Positions 49,001 to 61,615 of a DNA stretch of 64,000 nucleotides are shown piece after piece. Each line of letters starts with the position of its first letter. Position 1 is the first letter of the stretch. A program made the position numbers and the translations under genes. Source of the DNA: Bugula neritina (lineage: Eukaryota; Animalia; Bryozoa); the NCBI GenBank assembly GCA_964035545.1, contig OZ037767.1, forward strand, positions 6,092,707 to 6,156,706, given 5' to 3'. The notes below the pieces were generated by a model. The model was not told the DNA's origin and did not search any database. It saw only the letters and a list, made by a program, of their open reading frames with translations.

Positions 49001-52000
49001 GCTAGTTGACAAAGATTATAGTGATATTTTCAACTGACTAAGTGTATTGGCTGCATTCAACATCAAAAGTGTATTGTTGTTGATGTAATTTTACAGATCA
49101 GTGAGTGAACCATCCTCGTTTCTTTCGCTAACACCCAGTAAACGAGCCACACCTAGCAAGACCTCTTCGAAAAGAGACATCAAGTGCAAGCAGGTTCTTC
49201 GAGTTGGAATGGATTACATTAGACCAAAGGAAAATTTAGGACACCACAAGCTAATCTCCGTTGCTAAAGACAATCAAATTAAAAACAACCTTGACGGGTG
49301 TAATTCACCAAAGACTGGTTCAGCAAACTCTGACAAAATAGTTCTTCTAACTGAAAACTCAATTCCACTGATTGAATCAGATGCAGGTACGTGTCAGCCT
49401 CGTCTGGCATTCTCAGAAGATAAAGGCGATCAAGTCTCACAAGAATGGCAGTCCGTTGGTGAGAAGTTGGTCACCCCAGTGTACAGTTCCACTCAGAAGA
49501 GTATGCAGTTCCCCACCTCTGAGTCAGTGTCCAGAAGTATGACTCATGGTAAAGGTATTCATGAAAGTCTCTCTTCTAGTTTTGAGAGTGAAGCCTTAGA
49601 TATTGTTGCCAGTTTGAAATCAGCTGGTGCCCTCAAGGCACACCTCCGACATGGCAAATTTCCAATAGATGTGGATCCCATCACTGGATCTCCGAAGCAA
49701 CCAATGAAATGTCTAAGCGAAGAAAAGCTGCGACTTTCTGAAGTGTTGAGTCACAATCGATCTCACCAACACAGTCACCTAAGTAGCAGCACTAAAAGTA
49801 GCTGCGTCAACTCACCGGGCAGTGCTTCTACCCCCCAATTGCTTCAGCAATCTCATTCACACAGATCTCCACTACACTCTCAGGTAAACTTACTTGTTAC
49901 TTTTCTTATTCCAAACATCACAACCTCTAAATGGCTTACTACATACCAGGTACAGCATTATTGGCCAATTTTGTATTTTGACAATGAAGAAATATAGGTG
50001 ATGGAAGGAAACAATCATGTAATTATTGGTCAAATATCTATGAGTTTCATGAAATGCATTAAATTGAACAGAATATATGACAAATTTTGAAATTTCTTGC
50101 TGAGTATATAACTAGAATTTATAATCGGGCTTTGCTATGCAAACTTGTAGTTGTCAATGATTTCAAATAACTTAGTTTAAAAACAGAATAGTGTTGAAAA
50201 GAAACTGAGATTACAGATTTTGGAAAACTATAATACATCGTCAAACCTATTATACACAATCGAGCAAGTTTTCATAAATTAATGCAATTTTACTTGAAAA
50301 ACCAAGTATAACATGCACATGTGGATTCTGATTTTATTCTTAGAAAACACAATGCAAGTCAAACTTGGATGCAAAAAAATCGAGGTCACAGTATGCATAT
50401 GTTTATAGTTCTATACAGGATACGCTGTTTCTCTTGCTTTGACTCAGAATTCTCATGTTACATTCAGATACCTTTCATCAAACGGTGCAGGCAGAGTTGC
50501 TATGACAACGTCCTGCAGTCACCGTATCCCGGAGTTAGAATCTCTGTAGCCTCAGGCAGCAGCTCCGGCACTGTATTCTCACGACCTTGGGGCGACCTTC
50601 CTCGATGGGATGACTTTCAGCATAATGATGACTTTCGACATCGAGTGGGTTCAGCTGTCAGCTCACAAGGTCGATCTTCTGATGGAGGTAAACAAAGTCA
50701 GCATAATAAAAATAATTAAACTTAATGACTAATTCTGATAAAAAGTTTTATGTAAAATAAAATTATTTTTTAATGAATTGCAATTAGTACTTGAGAGAAT
50801 TGGCATGTTTTAGGTGGACCAATGGGCTCACCAGTTCGGCGTTACAACAACTCTTTTCAACACTTCAAGTTTCCGGAGAAAGAAGAATCTCGATCTCCAT
50901 CGAGTTTTTCTCGAAGTGTCTCGGAGGATAGAGATCACTTTCAGAATAATCTCATTTCTACACCTAGATTTCCAGTGAGTATGAGAGTTGTCCGTTATTG
51001 CTTTACACAAAAAGTTCATTAAAATGTGCTAGCTTAAGATCAAGGGTAAGCTAATCATGAATATTTCGGTTTTGCTTATATAATGTAGGTCTAACACAAT
51101 ACCATATTTGTGTGTTATTGGAATATTCTCACTAAAATTGATTTGTTGTGCCCACAATTGAATATGAGAATATATTTGCTACTATTTCTGTAATAGAATG
51201 ATAGCTATAAGAATAAATCTCTTTTTCTCAATTTCACTTTTTTTAAAATTATATGTTAATTATACATTTCTTTGATTAACACATTGCACTATATTGTATA
51301 AGTTTATGCTATGTATAGTTACAGGTATCTTCACTGCCGGATGTAGCCCTTCATGCTGACGTCAGCACTCTGCAGTGTCACCGCCCTCGCAGTAACTGGG
51401 AGACTAGTCTAGATCGAGCTCTCAACAAAGTCAGGACTGTTACCAGTGAGTTGTCAATACAATACTAAGGCTATATAGTATAATATTGTACATGTGTTGA
51501 TTGAAAAGCCTGGCTTCAGATGCGAAGAGTGTTTTTTACGAATTGTGTTGCAGAAATCTGTGAAACAATAGTAGCTTGCAGGATTTACATATTTTGATGT
51601 TCAAGACAATAACTGATATTGAGAGTTATGCACTTTTTACAATTTTCCAATATGATGAAATTACTTAGTTGACTATATAACATATTATATATGGAATATG
51701 AGTACTGAACAATGCTTATGCTAACGCCGCAACTTGTCTGATTGACAGAATTGCTTCACTCGACGGACAGTGTTTCCTGTGAAATAACTCGATACACTCA
51801 GCAACTCCTGAGCGATAGTAACTCCCTGCCAGGCAATCTGATTGGACGGTTTCACACATGCACCTGGGAAACCAATTCTCTTGACCGTGGACACTTGCCG
51901 CACACCCAAAAGAATTCACAAACTCCACAAAAGAGTTGTTTACGGAAAGAGTCTGAGCCCAAAACCAACTGGTACCCTAGGAACAGAGGAGGTGCCTGGA

Positions 52001-55000
52001 CAATTGATAAGCATGGTATGGGCAGCACTCCGCAGGCATATTTCAACGATGCGTACTTGCTCAATACAGGAAGTAAACAGCTCATCAAAGATGGCGGTGG
52101 CTCAAGTTCGGTGAAAGAGCATATTGTACTTAGTAATGTCCGACAGTTTATTGATGGAATGAAACGGTTTCTGTTAAATAGACCAGATACTCAGATGATG
52201 TTTGCAATACAACGGGAACGAATCAAGGTACGTTTGCTTGTTTATAGACTTTACAAGATTGTTAAGAGTTGATCAGTTGTTATTTTATAGACATGTTTTT
52301 AAAGAAGGAATATGGAATATGAATGAAGGCTGTGCTGCTTAGTATTGACTGTGTTTGCTCATTAGTCTATAATGCACTGCTAAACTTCTAGCTCATAAGG
52401 TTACCTTGACATTTCCAGTTGCTGCTGTCTCAACAAAAATTTATATTTGCTTGTAGCAATCACTACAGGTTTGATATAAGCTCTTGTTACATAATATTAT
52501 ATAGGCTGTCTTAATATTATTATGGTGCATTTTGGAAAATAGAAGACAACTCTGAAAATAGTTTGAGCACTTCATATCGCAGGCATATTTGCCTATGCTA
52601 TTATTTTGCTATTGTTGTCCTTTGACCAGTCTGTGGAGTGTTTAGCAAACCTGTAAGCTGCTAGCAATAGAGAGGCATACAACTCCAAAAGGAATATGGT
52701 TTTTATTTAGTTATAGAGGGCTAGCAAATACGTGTTGTTTGATGGCAAAGTCTTCGATTTCTGAAAATTTTCAATATATTACTAAAATCTGTGCTGCATT
52801 TCCTGTGTGCAATATTTGTAGCTAAGATCTAAAAATGTTTGAATCTTTGCTTGGCTTTTATGTTGCATGGCTACTGTTTGCTTGATATTTATGGTTGAGT
52901 TTGATTTTCCAGTTTGAGTTTGTTATTGATTGCTGAAATAGCTCACCATATATATTTTTCATTTTAAACTATGATAATTATAATGTGTAATCATTGTAAT
53001 AAAAAAACCCGAAGGCTACCAATTTCTTATATATTGTATATTTATATTACTTAGCTATCAATATTTATTATATTTATCATTTAGTTGAATGCAGATGAAT
53101 TTATTAACCTGGACTCTATCATGGAAGCTGTATTGGAGAAAGTAATACTGCAGCCACTCTCTGATCATCTGCTGAACGTCATTACCACCAACCCAGAGTA
53201 CAGGTACCATGTTGGGCTTATCTATATTAATCATTCTTGTTTCTATTTTCATAGCATGTTACACTTTGACAAATGGCAAGTTGGCTCTAAAAAATTATAA
53301 ACATCAATATAGTCTAGCAGTTACTGAAATCTATAACTGTTTAGAGTCAGATATTTTGTTATTTTGGGAGAAGTCAATTTAGTTTGCATTGTATATTAAC
53401 CAATGGCCGTATGGTAGCATATAAATGAATGTATTGAGAGCCCTATGCATATACATCCGCTTAGATGATAAACACAAAACTTTCATAAAATGATACTATG
53501 GGACATTGCAATGTATATCTCTCTTTAGAATGTCAGCTGTAATTTCGCTACCATTTCCTCATTTTAGCATAAGGGAGATAACTCTCATTGAAAGTGGTAC
53601 CAAGGTTATTGTCAACAACTGTGCGGAATTGTTTCCCCACCTGGTAAGTTTCACATTTCGATGCAACATTTGATATAATGAACACATATTTCCAATTACA
53701 ACATCAGCATACTGCACCCACACTGCTTTTCAAGACAAAGCTGCAAATTACGATCTCTAAAGTATTATCTGCTAGTGTGTAAAATGAAAATTATTATATA
53801 TGCAATTTTTGTAATGTAATTATGCATTTCTGGGTATGTGTGTGAGCGTGTTGTGTGTTTGTGGCCTGTGTGAGTGCATAAAATATTTCATCTGACAAAT
53901 ATCCATTGTTTAAGAAATTATTAGCAATTTTTTTTACAAATTTCCACAGTGGCAGATAAAGGTATGTTATATATAAATATACATTATACATATGCATGCA
54001 TATATAATATTATGTGTATATGTATGCAAGTGTGTTTAACTACTAGGAAGTGACTAACAAAACGTCTTTGTATTGCAGAGCTCAGCAATGGTTGAAATTG
54101 ATGGGTACGACAATACCCTACGATCAGTGTTGTACAGTGTCAAGTCAGAATTTTCTCCCATCTCTAAGCTGCAGTATTTATTGCAAATTGCTCTGCTACT
54201 GGTTTTGATATGCAACAGATGCGCCCTGAACTTGGACCAAGGTGAGTTGAGAATAGGCTTGCATCTCCTCGTATAACTTGATATTAAATTTTAAAATTCA
54301 TTTTTACCATACTAATGTTCGCCATAATGACTTAGTGACTGTTGAGTTGCATTTTGGACAGATACGTTGTGAAGAATTTAAAAAATAAAATTTTTCTTTA
54401 GACAGCAAGCAGATATCATGCCTGAGTTCTTGAAAGATTACAATTGACAATGCATAACTACTTTGCTATCGCCATTGGCATTTGTTACAGATTTATTGCT
54501 GATGTTTATATACACGGTGGCACGCTATGGTGATGCTACTTTGCTAGTACATCTAGCCTATGTCCGGCACCTTGTTCCCGCTCCTATTAAAAGTGGCACA
54601 ACAATATACTTTCTTGGGCTCTATGAAACAGCTATTCAAGTTTGCAGCAGGATTGCCAAAGTTCCAGGCAATCTCACCAAAAGCACGGTAAGTTCACATA
54701 TCCTTCCAAATATATCAACTATATTTGCGATTTACATATTATCGCATTTAAAACACATTGGTGTGAGCTGCTATTGTTATTATTATAGATGATTTTGAAT
54801 GAAATTCTGGACAAAATGTGTTGCCATTTAATGATCGCTGATGAATCCACCAATAAGGTTATTCGAAAGAAAATGTCTTTAAGCCGTTGGTGCAGTGCAG
54901 CAGAAGTAATGGATATAATACAGGCAGATCTTGCTACACCAGAACTAAACGACTTCCGACTTTATCTGGCCACCGATGAAGCTGGTAACTAAAACTAGGC

Positions 55001-55465
55001 ATTATTCATGCCACAGTTTGCTATGAGGTCAATTGTCAATATGATTCAAATTTTGCTACAGGAAATTATCTTTGCTATTAAACTCATTTAGGTGCAGTAG
55101 CAGGAACAGAGATAGCTCAAGTTCTTAAAATTTCCTTAGAGATTTAGGGGTGTGGATTTAAAGTTTTAGAATATAACTTCTTTTGCTGCATTTCTAATCT
55201 AGAACACAGGATTTTCTACATTTCTCCATTACTGCAGCTACCTCATTAAACTAGCCCCCAGTTATTGTAAGTCCATTCATTATCTATAGGTGTGGTGTTG
55301 TTTTACTGAACTGGTGTGTTAGATTTGTCACCACTTGTTACAGAAGTGTTATTGAAAGATTCGGACAATGTCAGCGAGCTATTGGTGGTGCATACAGAAG
55401 GAGACAAAGCTTGTGCTCTTGTGTATAGAAGGACCAATTCTCAGATGCTTTTGCCGCCTCCATAA
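43032..55465 (+). CDS. RIN-like: Ras and Rab interactor (RIN/Sprint)-like protein: long low-complexity N-terminus, helical bundle + VPS9 domain, C-terminal RA domain; about 1334 aa
   Basis: Phase-consistent exons: 43028-43247, 45164-45387, 46849-47611, 48007-48167, 49097-49883, 50468-50687, 50814-50974, 51325-51445, 51749-52227, 53085-53203, 53568-53643, 54079-54241, 54491-54687, 54789-54984, 55344-55465 (TAA). Sprint/RIN-like motifs: VLSNVRQFIDGMKRFL, ERIKLNADEFINLDSIMEAVLEKVILQPLSDHL, FSPISKLQYLL. RA-like tail DFRLYL...EVLLKDSD...LVYRR. The start is uncertain; a possible upstream exon is 37024-37046 (MTQSCCT). Confidence 0.85.
55168..55247 (+). repeat. Dispersed repeat fragment, copy 2
   Basis: Matches 18628-18706. 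Confidence 0.8.
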
Positions 55466-55928
55466 AGTAACTGAACAAATGGACATACACATGAACTAAG
55501 TTCATGGACTCAAACTATGATGTGTAGTCACTCTGCAATTGCTAACTGAACAAATTTAATTTTTCTTTCAATATTGCCATTTTTCGTTAATATTTTTCTT
55601 TTTAAGTGTCTTAAAGACCAAAGCCTAACTTTTATATTTATTCATCCAATCTATACTAGATGCCATGAAAGTATTCCATAGGTCATGTTATCCTGTTTAA
55701 TGTAAATAGTTGCCTCTTTTTATAGAAAAATGCTGATAATTTGTTGCTTTTATGTTGTAATTATAATAATCCTCGATGAAGAATTGTCTGTATTTATAGT
55801 AAATTTTTACATGAATGGAAAAGAGTTAATAAACCATACAATAATTTAAAAACTATTCACAATTATTTAGTTAGTTTCTTTAAGAAATTTAACCAAAATA
55901 ATAGTAAACACAAAAAAAAAAAAGTTTG

Positions 55929-56402
55929 TCAAGAAGCTTTTAACTTCAAGTCTTTCTCTAATACTGGTGAACTTGAGGAGCTTATTGTTATACTTCTATT
56001 AATACACAAAACCCCCACCAACATAAGCATTGTACCTATAAACCATTTCCACGTTAAGGTTTCCTTAAATAAAAATGCTCCAGCAAATCCAGTAAACAAA
56101 AAATTAGCAGCTGTGTCTATAGCAACAGCTGCTGCTGTAGTAGAACTGGTACTCAAAGACTTGGTGTAAAACAACCACATTAAAGAATTAAAGGTAAATA
56201 TTAAAACAGTGGATATGACTCGAAGAAGAGGAGATAACTTGTAGCAAAGTACTTCTGAGTTTAACGTTAAATAATCACTAGCTTCGATACAAGTAGATAC
56301 AATCTCACTTTCATTCAGAGCTAGTTTACCAAAAATTGAAGCTAGAGATGCGAATATCCCGGCCTGGATTCCGTAAACAATCACCAATCTTGATCCCGCC
56401 AT
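55929..56402 (-). CDS. TMEM42: Transmembrane protein 42 (EamA/DMT-like small transporter fold), 157 aa, single coding exon
   Basis: AGIFASLASIFGKLAL, NSLMWLFYTKSL..SSTTAAA...TAANFLFTGFAGAFLFKETLTWKWFIGTMLMLVGVLCI fit the TMEM42 pattern. Kozak gccATGG. Confidence 0.88.
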   Translation of the reverse strand: MAGSRLVIVYGIQAGIFASLASIFGKLALNESEIVSTCIEASDYLTLNSEVLCYKLSPLLRVISTVLIFTFNSLMWLFYTKSLSTSSTTAAAVAIDTAANFLFTGFAGAFLFKETLTWKWFIGTMLMLVGVLCINRSITISSSSSPVLEKDLKLKAS

Positions 56403-58959
56403 GGCTCTTCAAGTTTTTGAGATGTATCACAGCAGCACCAACCAAAACTAGTTTATAACTTTACATCTAAAGTCAAAGCCAAATATCAACGGCAACATAT
56501 TTTGTATATAAGTTTTTAGGAAGCTATATAATATGTGTACATGTGTGTGCGAGTGCATGTGTGATATATATAAATACATACATACACACATTAGTTCGCT
56601 ATCTAAATATGCATATAACCCATTGACACATTCACATGCTTGCATACACATATAGATGCTCTGTGCTGATGAGGGAACAAACCCGGACACAGCTGCTGTA
56701 CACAAATTGAGGTCTATATACCCCACAACTGCAACTTTCCTCATTCTGTTCACAGTATACAGAGGCTTGTCTGCCTTGAGTATATTAGAGTTTATATTCA
56801 TTCCTAATATTTACATTCAACTGTTTGACAACAGGTAAAACACAAATCACATTAAATAAAAATTAAGCCATTTATATATTAATTACCAATTAGCAAATGT
56901 TTTATTTGTTTTGATCTGAGCAGTATGTGACTGGAAGTGAATCGACTAAGTCAAAATTTTTTGAAGAGAAAATTGTAGCTCAGTTTTTTTTCTAAAGCTA
57001 GATCAATCGCCATCAAGGTGGGCATCCCTAATTCCAATGAATACTCATTATGTTTATCACTGTGAGTGCAAAATTAAAAGTAGGTGACTGATTATTTGTA
57101 TTGCTATAAGTGCATACTATATATAATTACCGTATAGTACATAACATCCACATCACTGCCATATCAGAGTCGTTTGACAAGCTAATCTCAACAATGACTT
57201 TAAGTTGAATCTTATCCAATTTAGTAATTACAGCTAAACTGAACTCACTTCGTAAAATTAGAATAACATGATAATTTTAAATTATCATTGTCCTTGGCTA
57301 AACTTGATGAATAACTATAAACAACACCAATTGATAATTAGTTATTTCTTCACTGCCCTACATAATAGATGACTGATACTTGTAATCAAATACAATATAT
57401 ACTGATACTTATAGTAATACTAAGTCTAATAGCAATATTGTTATAAAAATAGTAATTGAGCTAGTTACACTTGGAGTTATTCATAAAAAAATTATAGTTA
57501 TAATTACACTAAATGTAGTGGTTTCGATTGTTTTTTTGTGAAATGTAGCTTATGGTTAAACACTTTAGTTACACAAAGCGACAACACAAAATCTATAAAG
57601 TTATAATATGCAAAATTGAAGCAATAAATTATGTAATATAAAAATAGCAAGTATAAAAACAAAAATTAAAAGCGAGGAAATTAACATTATTCAAGTGGTA
57701 AAGTAAAGACTAAAACTGCAGCTACTGACTTTTTGTTCCTCTTTATTGTTGCTTGATTTAAGCTTAACACCAATCTTAATATAAAGTTAAAAGTATAATT
57801 TAATATAAAGTTAGAAGTATGACTTAATATAAAAGTAAGGTTCATAAAGTCTTTAAATAATAAAACAATGCCTTTCACACCTTTACATTTTTTAAAAAAC
57901 TTACTGCACAGGAAAACAGTATTTTACATTAAGAATACTAAATTTCTGGTAGCTTAGATGTCTTCTTTTAACATCTTGCATTGGCTACATTGAGATTTGC
58001 AACTAAATCCAAAGGGTTAAAGGGTTATCTACATCACTTGGACTAAATCCGGCCAGTTACATCTCAGCACATTGCCTCAACCCAAGCCTGACAAACATCT
58101 GGATGGCTGCCCCAGCTTCCTGCTTACAACACTATTGCCAGCTCAATGTATTCTCATATTATGAATATCTCATTATCTTTCTGCTATGACTGAACAGTGA
58201 ACTTAGTCAGCGGTTTAATGTATAGTCCGTTACACTAATAGATTAATTAACATAATGATGATCTACTAGCTACTGCTAGTATTAAACAATCATTATTACT
58301 GTTAGTATTAGTATTAGTGCACCCGCAAATACTAATAGAGTAATCATAACCAAAACCATTTGTATGTTACTATTGCTATTACTATTACTCAGTGAGTCAC
58401 TGAGTATTAGACTTAATCTTGAATAAGTCAGATAAGTGATGACTCTAGTCTCTACTGTCTAATACCACAATCATAATAATATAAAATAAGAATTTAATTA
58501 TTTATTATGATTATCACAATGGGCAATGGCACTGACAGGCGAATGACTATCACCGACACAATCATTCACAATGATAAATTTATGAATCATTGAATGGCAA
58601 CATACTCATACTGAGACTGACTTTCACTCCAAAATTAAAACGCAGTCAAACTCAATGTGTGTGTGACTCAGTGCCACCAACACTGAATCACTCTGAACAG
58701 TCAAACTGAAACTCAAATCAACTGTAAAACTAAAACTAAAAGTAAAAGTAAAAATAAAACTTTAAAAGTTGATGAAGTAAAACTGAAAGTAAAAGTGATT
58801 ATGATCATTATGATTATCATTTTAAATTTAAAGCAATCTGAACCTGTAATTGCAAACTTGAAAGTCTAACTATGACATTGAGTTTAACATTCACATTGAG
58901 TTTGACTAAAAGTAAAATTAAATGAGCTTTTACTTCTAGTTTTACAAACTTTGTACGGT

Positions 58960-59310
58960 TGACTAATTGGATCGAAGAAAGAAATATACTCTCTTCGCCA
59001 AAGGCAACAAACTCAGTACTACACACAAACGATTTCTGATATAACGGGAGCCTAATTATAACCCGTATTAACTAGGTTGTTGGAACGCTAAGGGAAATCG
59101 ACAAAAAAAATAGTAAGATAATCGCTTGATGCAACAAAAATTGTAAGGGTCACAACAAACAATGATCAAAAAGGGCGCGAGTCTGATAAATGGGTAAATA
59201 ATTATGCGTTACACATAGTGACTCCAAATGTTGTGCTACACCTAGTCAGCTCGTAATTTAGTTATGGTGGCGGAGCACGTGTGTGATGTATCTCAGCGTG
59301 GTACTAAAGT
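58960..59310. promoter_or_regulatory. Putative CpG-containing promoter core (candidate TSS region for TMEM42 and/or a divergent transcript)
   Basis: Local CpG enrichment, flanked on both sides by the same periodic A-N-T tracts as the SRSF promoter. Confidence 0.4.
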
Positions 59311-61561
59311 AAAACAGAAAATCTGATTGAGTTATACTCATTGAGCTTGTTTTTATGTTATTGAATTAACTTCTATTTTTGAAAAAGAAACACAAAATAC
59401 CCAACGCAAGTGTAAACCATCATCTTTATTTGCCGGGACTGGGAGCTGTAAAACTAAAAGTAAAACTAAAAGTAAAAGGCCTAGGAGAAGGAGACAGCAG
59501 ACGGAGTAGGACTAGGACTAAGAGTAGCCGTAGGTATGATACAGTCAATGTCATAATCATAATGAATAATGATAATAATTCATAATGATTTTCAATTTCA
59601 TATTGATTGAAATTTAAATTATGATAATCAATCATTAATCACAATCACAATGAGTATGACAATGATACTCACAATGACAATGTGAATGTGAATGTTAAAA
59701 TATTAATAGTAAAAATAATCAATATCACTCATCATAATGATAATGATTTTATATCTTGCACGTTAGTGTTACATGTTGATCTTCTGCAGAAAGTACTAAA
59801 ACTAAAAGTAAATCTAGGAGATAGCGGTACTCCTCAATCCTCATAAAATTAAATTTAAGTATTTTAATCAGTATGAGTATGACTATGAGTATATAACATA
59901 TTAAATATTGATATTAGTAATAACAATACTAATAGCCAACAACTAAAGTGCTGCCCATTATCATTTTGTGACTATATTAAAATATACAATTACAAATACT
60001 GAACAATGGTTATGGGTTTATACAATCATAGCTTAGACCTTAGTCAAGAATACTTTTAATTTTTTAACAGACTTGGGAAAGAAGCTGTTGTGGTATGCAG
60101 ACTCAAAGGCTGTAGAATATTGTAATAATTTTATTCGTGGAATGTTATTATTCGCTGCATGTAATTATTGGTGTGGGTTATTAGCTGATAAAACACAGTG
60201 ACTCTTTGCTGAGAATATTTATTAATAATAAATAAGAAGGTTTATACTCACTATCCTTTATTGTACTCCAAATTATATCCAAAAATAGAAAAAGAGTTAG
60301 AGGGGATAACTCCTTATATCACGTAGAAAACTATATGTACTACTATTAGTCTAGGTATAAGGTAAACTACTATGCAACTAGGTATACAAGTGTCCTTGAT
60401 GTAGCTATGAACAATAGCTAATCCAGCTTTACTATAATAACACCTAGCTAGGAACAATAACTAATCCAGTCATTACTATCATGACACCTAGCTGTTAATG
60501 GACTGGTGCTACGCTAACTAATACATTTAGGAAAAACACACATTCCCTAGGAATGAAAGAAATACTAGTAAGAAATACACGCAACAATTATTGAAGTATG
60601 CACAATTTTACCACAATATATTGATTGTGGATCGCCATGAGATGCTGCTATGTCACTAGAGCATTAACATTTCTACGCTGCATCAGCTCATCATTTGAAG
60701 ATATAATTATAATTGCTTTGTGGTTTTCCCCTTGTGAGAGAAGTCGAATTAACAAAGAATGTTTGGAGTTTTTACGTCTTTCAGTAAAGGTTGTTGTAGT
60801 GGAATTATGGACTTTGGGTTTATTCAATTCTAATTTTATATTCTCATCTCTTGATCCTCAGTTTCACCCCATAAAAATTAATGTCCTATTCATATACACT
60901 CTAGGTATAAGGTATAAGCTGTCTCCCAAAGTCTGTAAATATTATTAGTTTCGTTATAATCGTGATTAAACTTTTGCTTTGAAGTCATACGTCAAACATG
61001 CTGATCCTGCAGCTACGTGGCCTTACTTTTATATGGAGACGCAGCCATCCTTGTAAATGCAGCAACCTATCCTGAGCAAGCTGACAGGGCCCTAACCGAC
61101 AAGAAGTCTTACTGCACCCAAAAAGCTATCTGAAGTCACTTCTCGGTAAGACCCAGCCTCAGGTAGACGTACCAGAATGAGAGGAGTCTTTTACGAGGTA
61201 ATTGCCATAAGTTATATGCATATAATTCTGTTATAGTAAATTACTAAGGCCTAATTATATTAGTACACACTATACAGTAAGTTGTAGATGAAACCCCAAT
61301 TTCCTGTTGCAACCTTTTGTGGAGATGCCATTTCGATTCCCACCTCTTTTATTGCCAAGCATTTGTTTGCTAATTAATCACTGAGGTTAATCACCCAGTT
61401 CTACTTGGCCTAGGTAGCTTCTACTGCCAGGCTATTGTATAAAGGGCTTCTTTAAGCTTGAAGACAAGCTATTTTTTCAATTTAAGATGGAATTTGGAAA
61501 TCATCAAGTGCCATATTAAAATCACTTGAATAATTGCTGAATACAGCATAAAAGAATAGGC

Positions 61562-61565
<4 letters not shown>

Positions 61566-61606
<41 letters not shown>

Positions 61607-61615
61607 TATATATAT
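61566..61615. repeat. (TA)n microsatellite
   Basis: Direct dinucleotide run. Confidence 0.9.

Noticed and set aside
11367-55465. Functional clustering of two Ras-pathway genes (SPRED-like and RIN-like)
   Set aside because: They are separated by unrelated genes, and there is no evidence beyond chance without synteny data.
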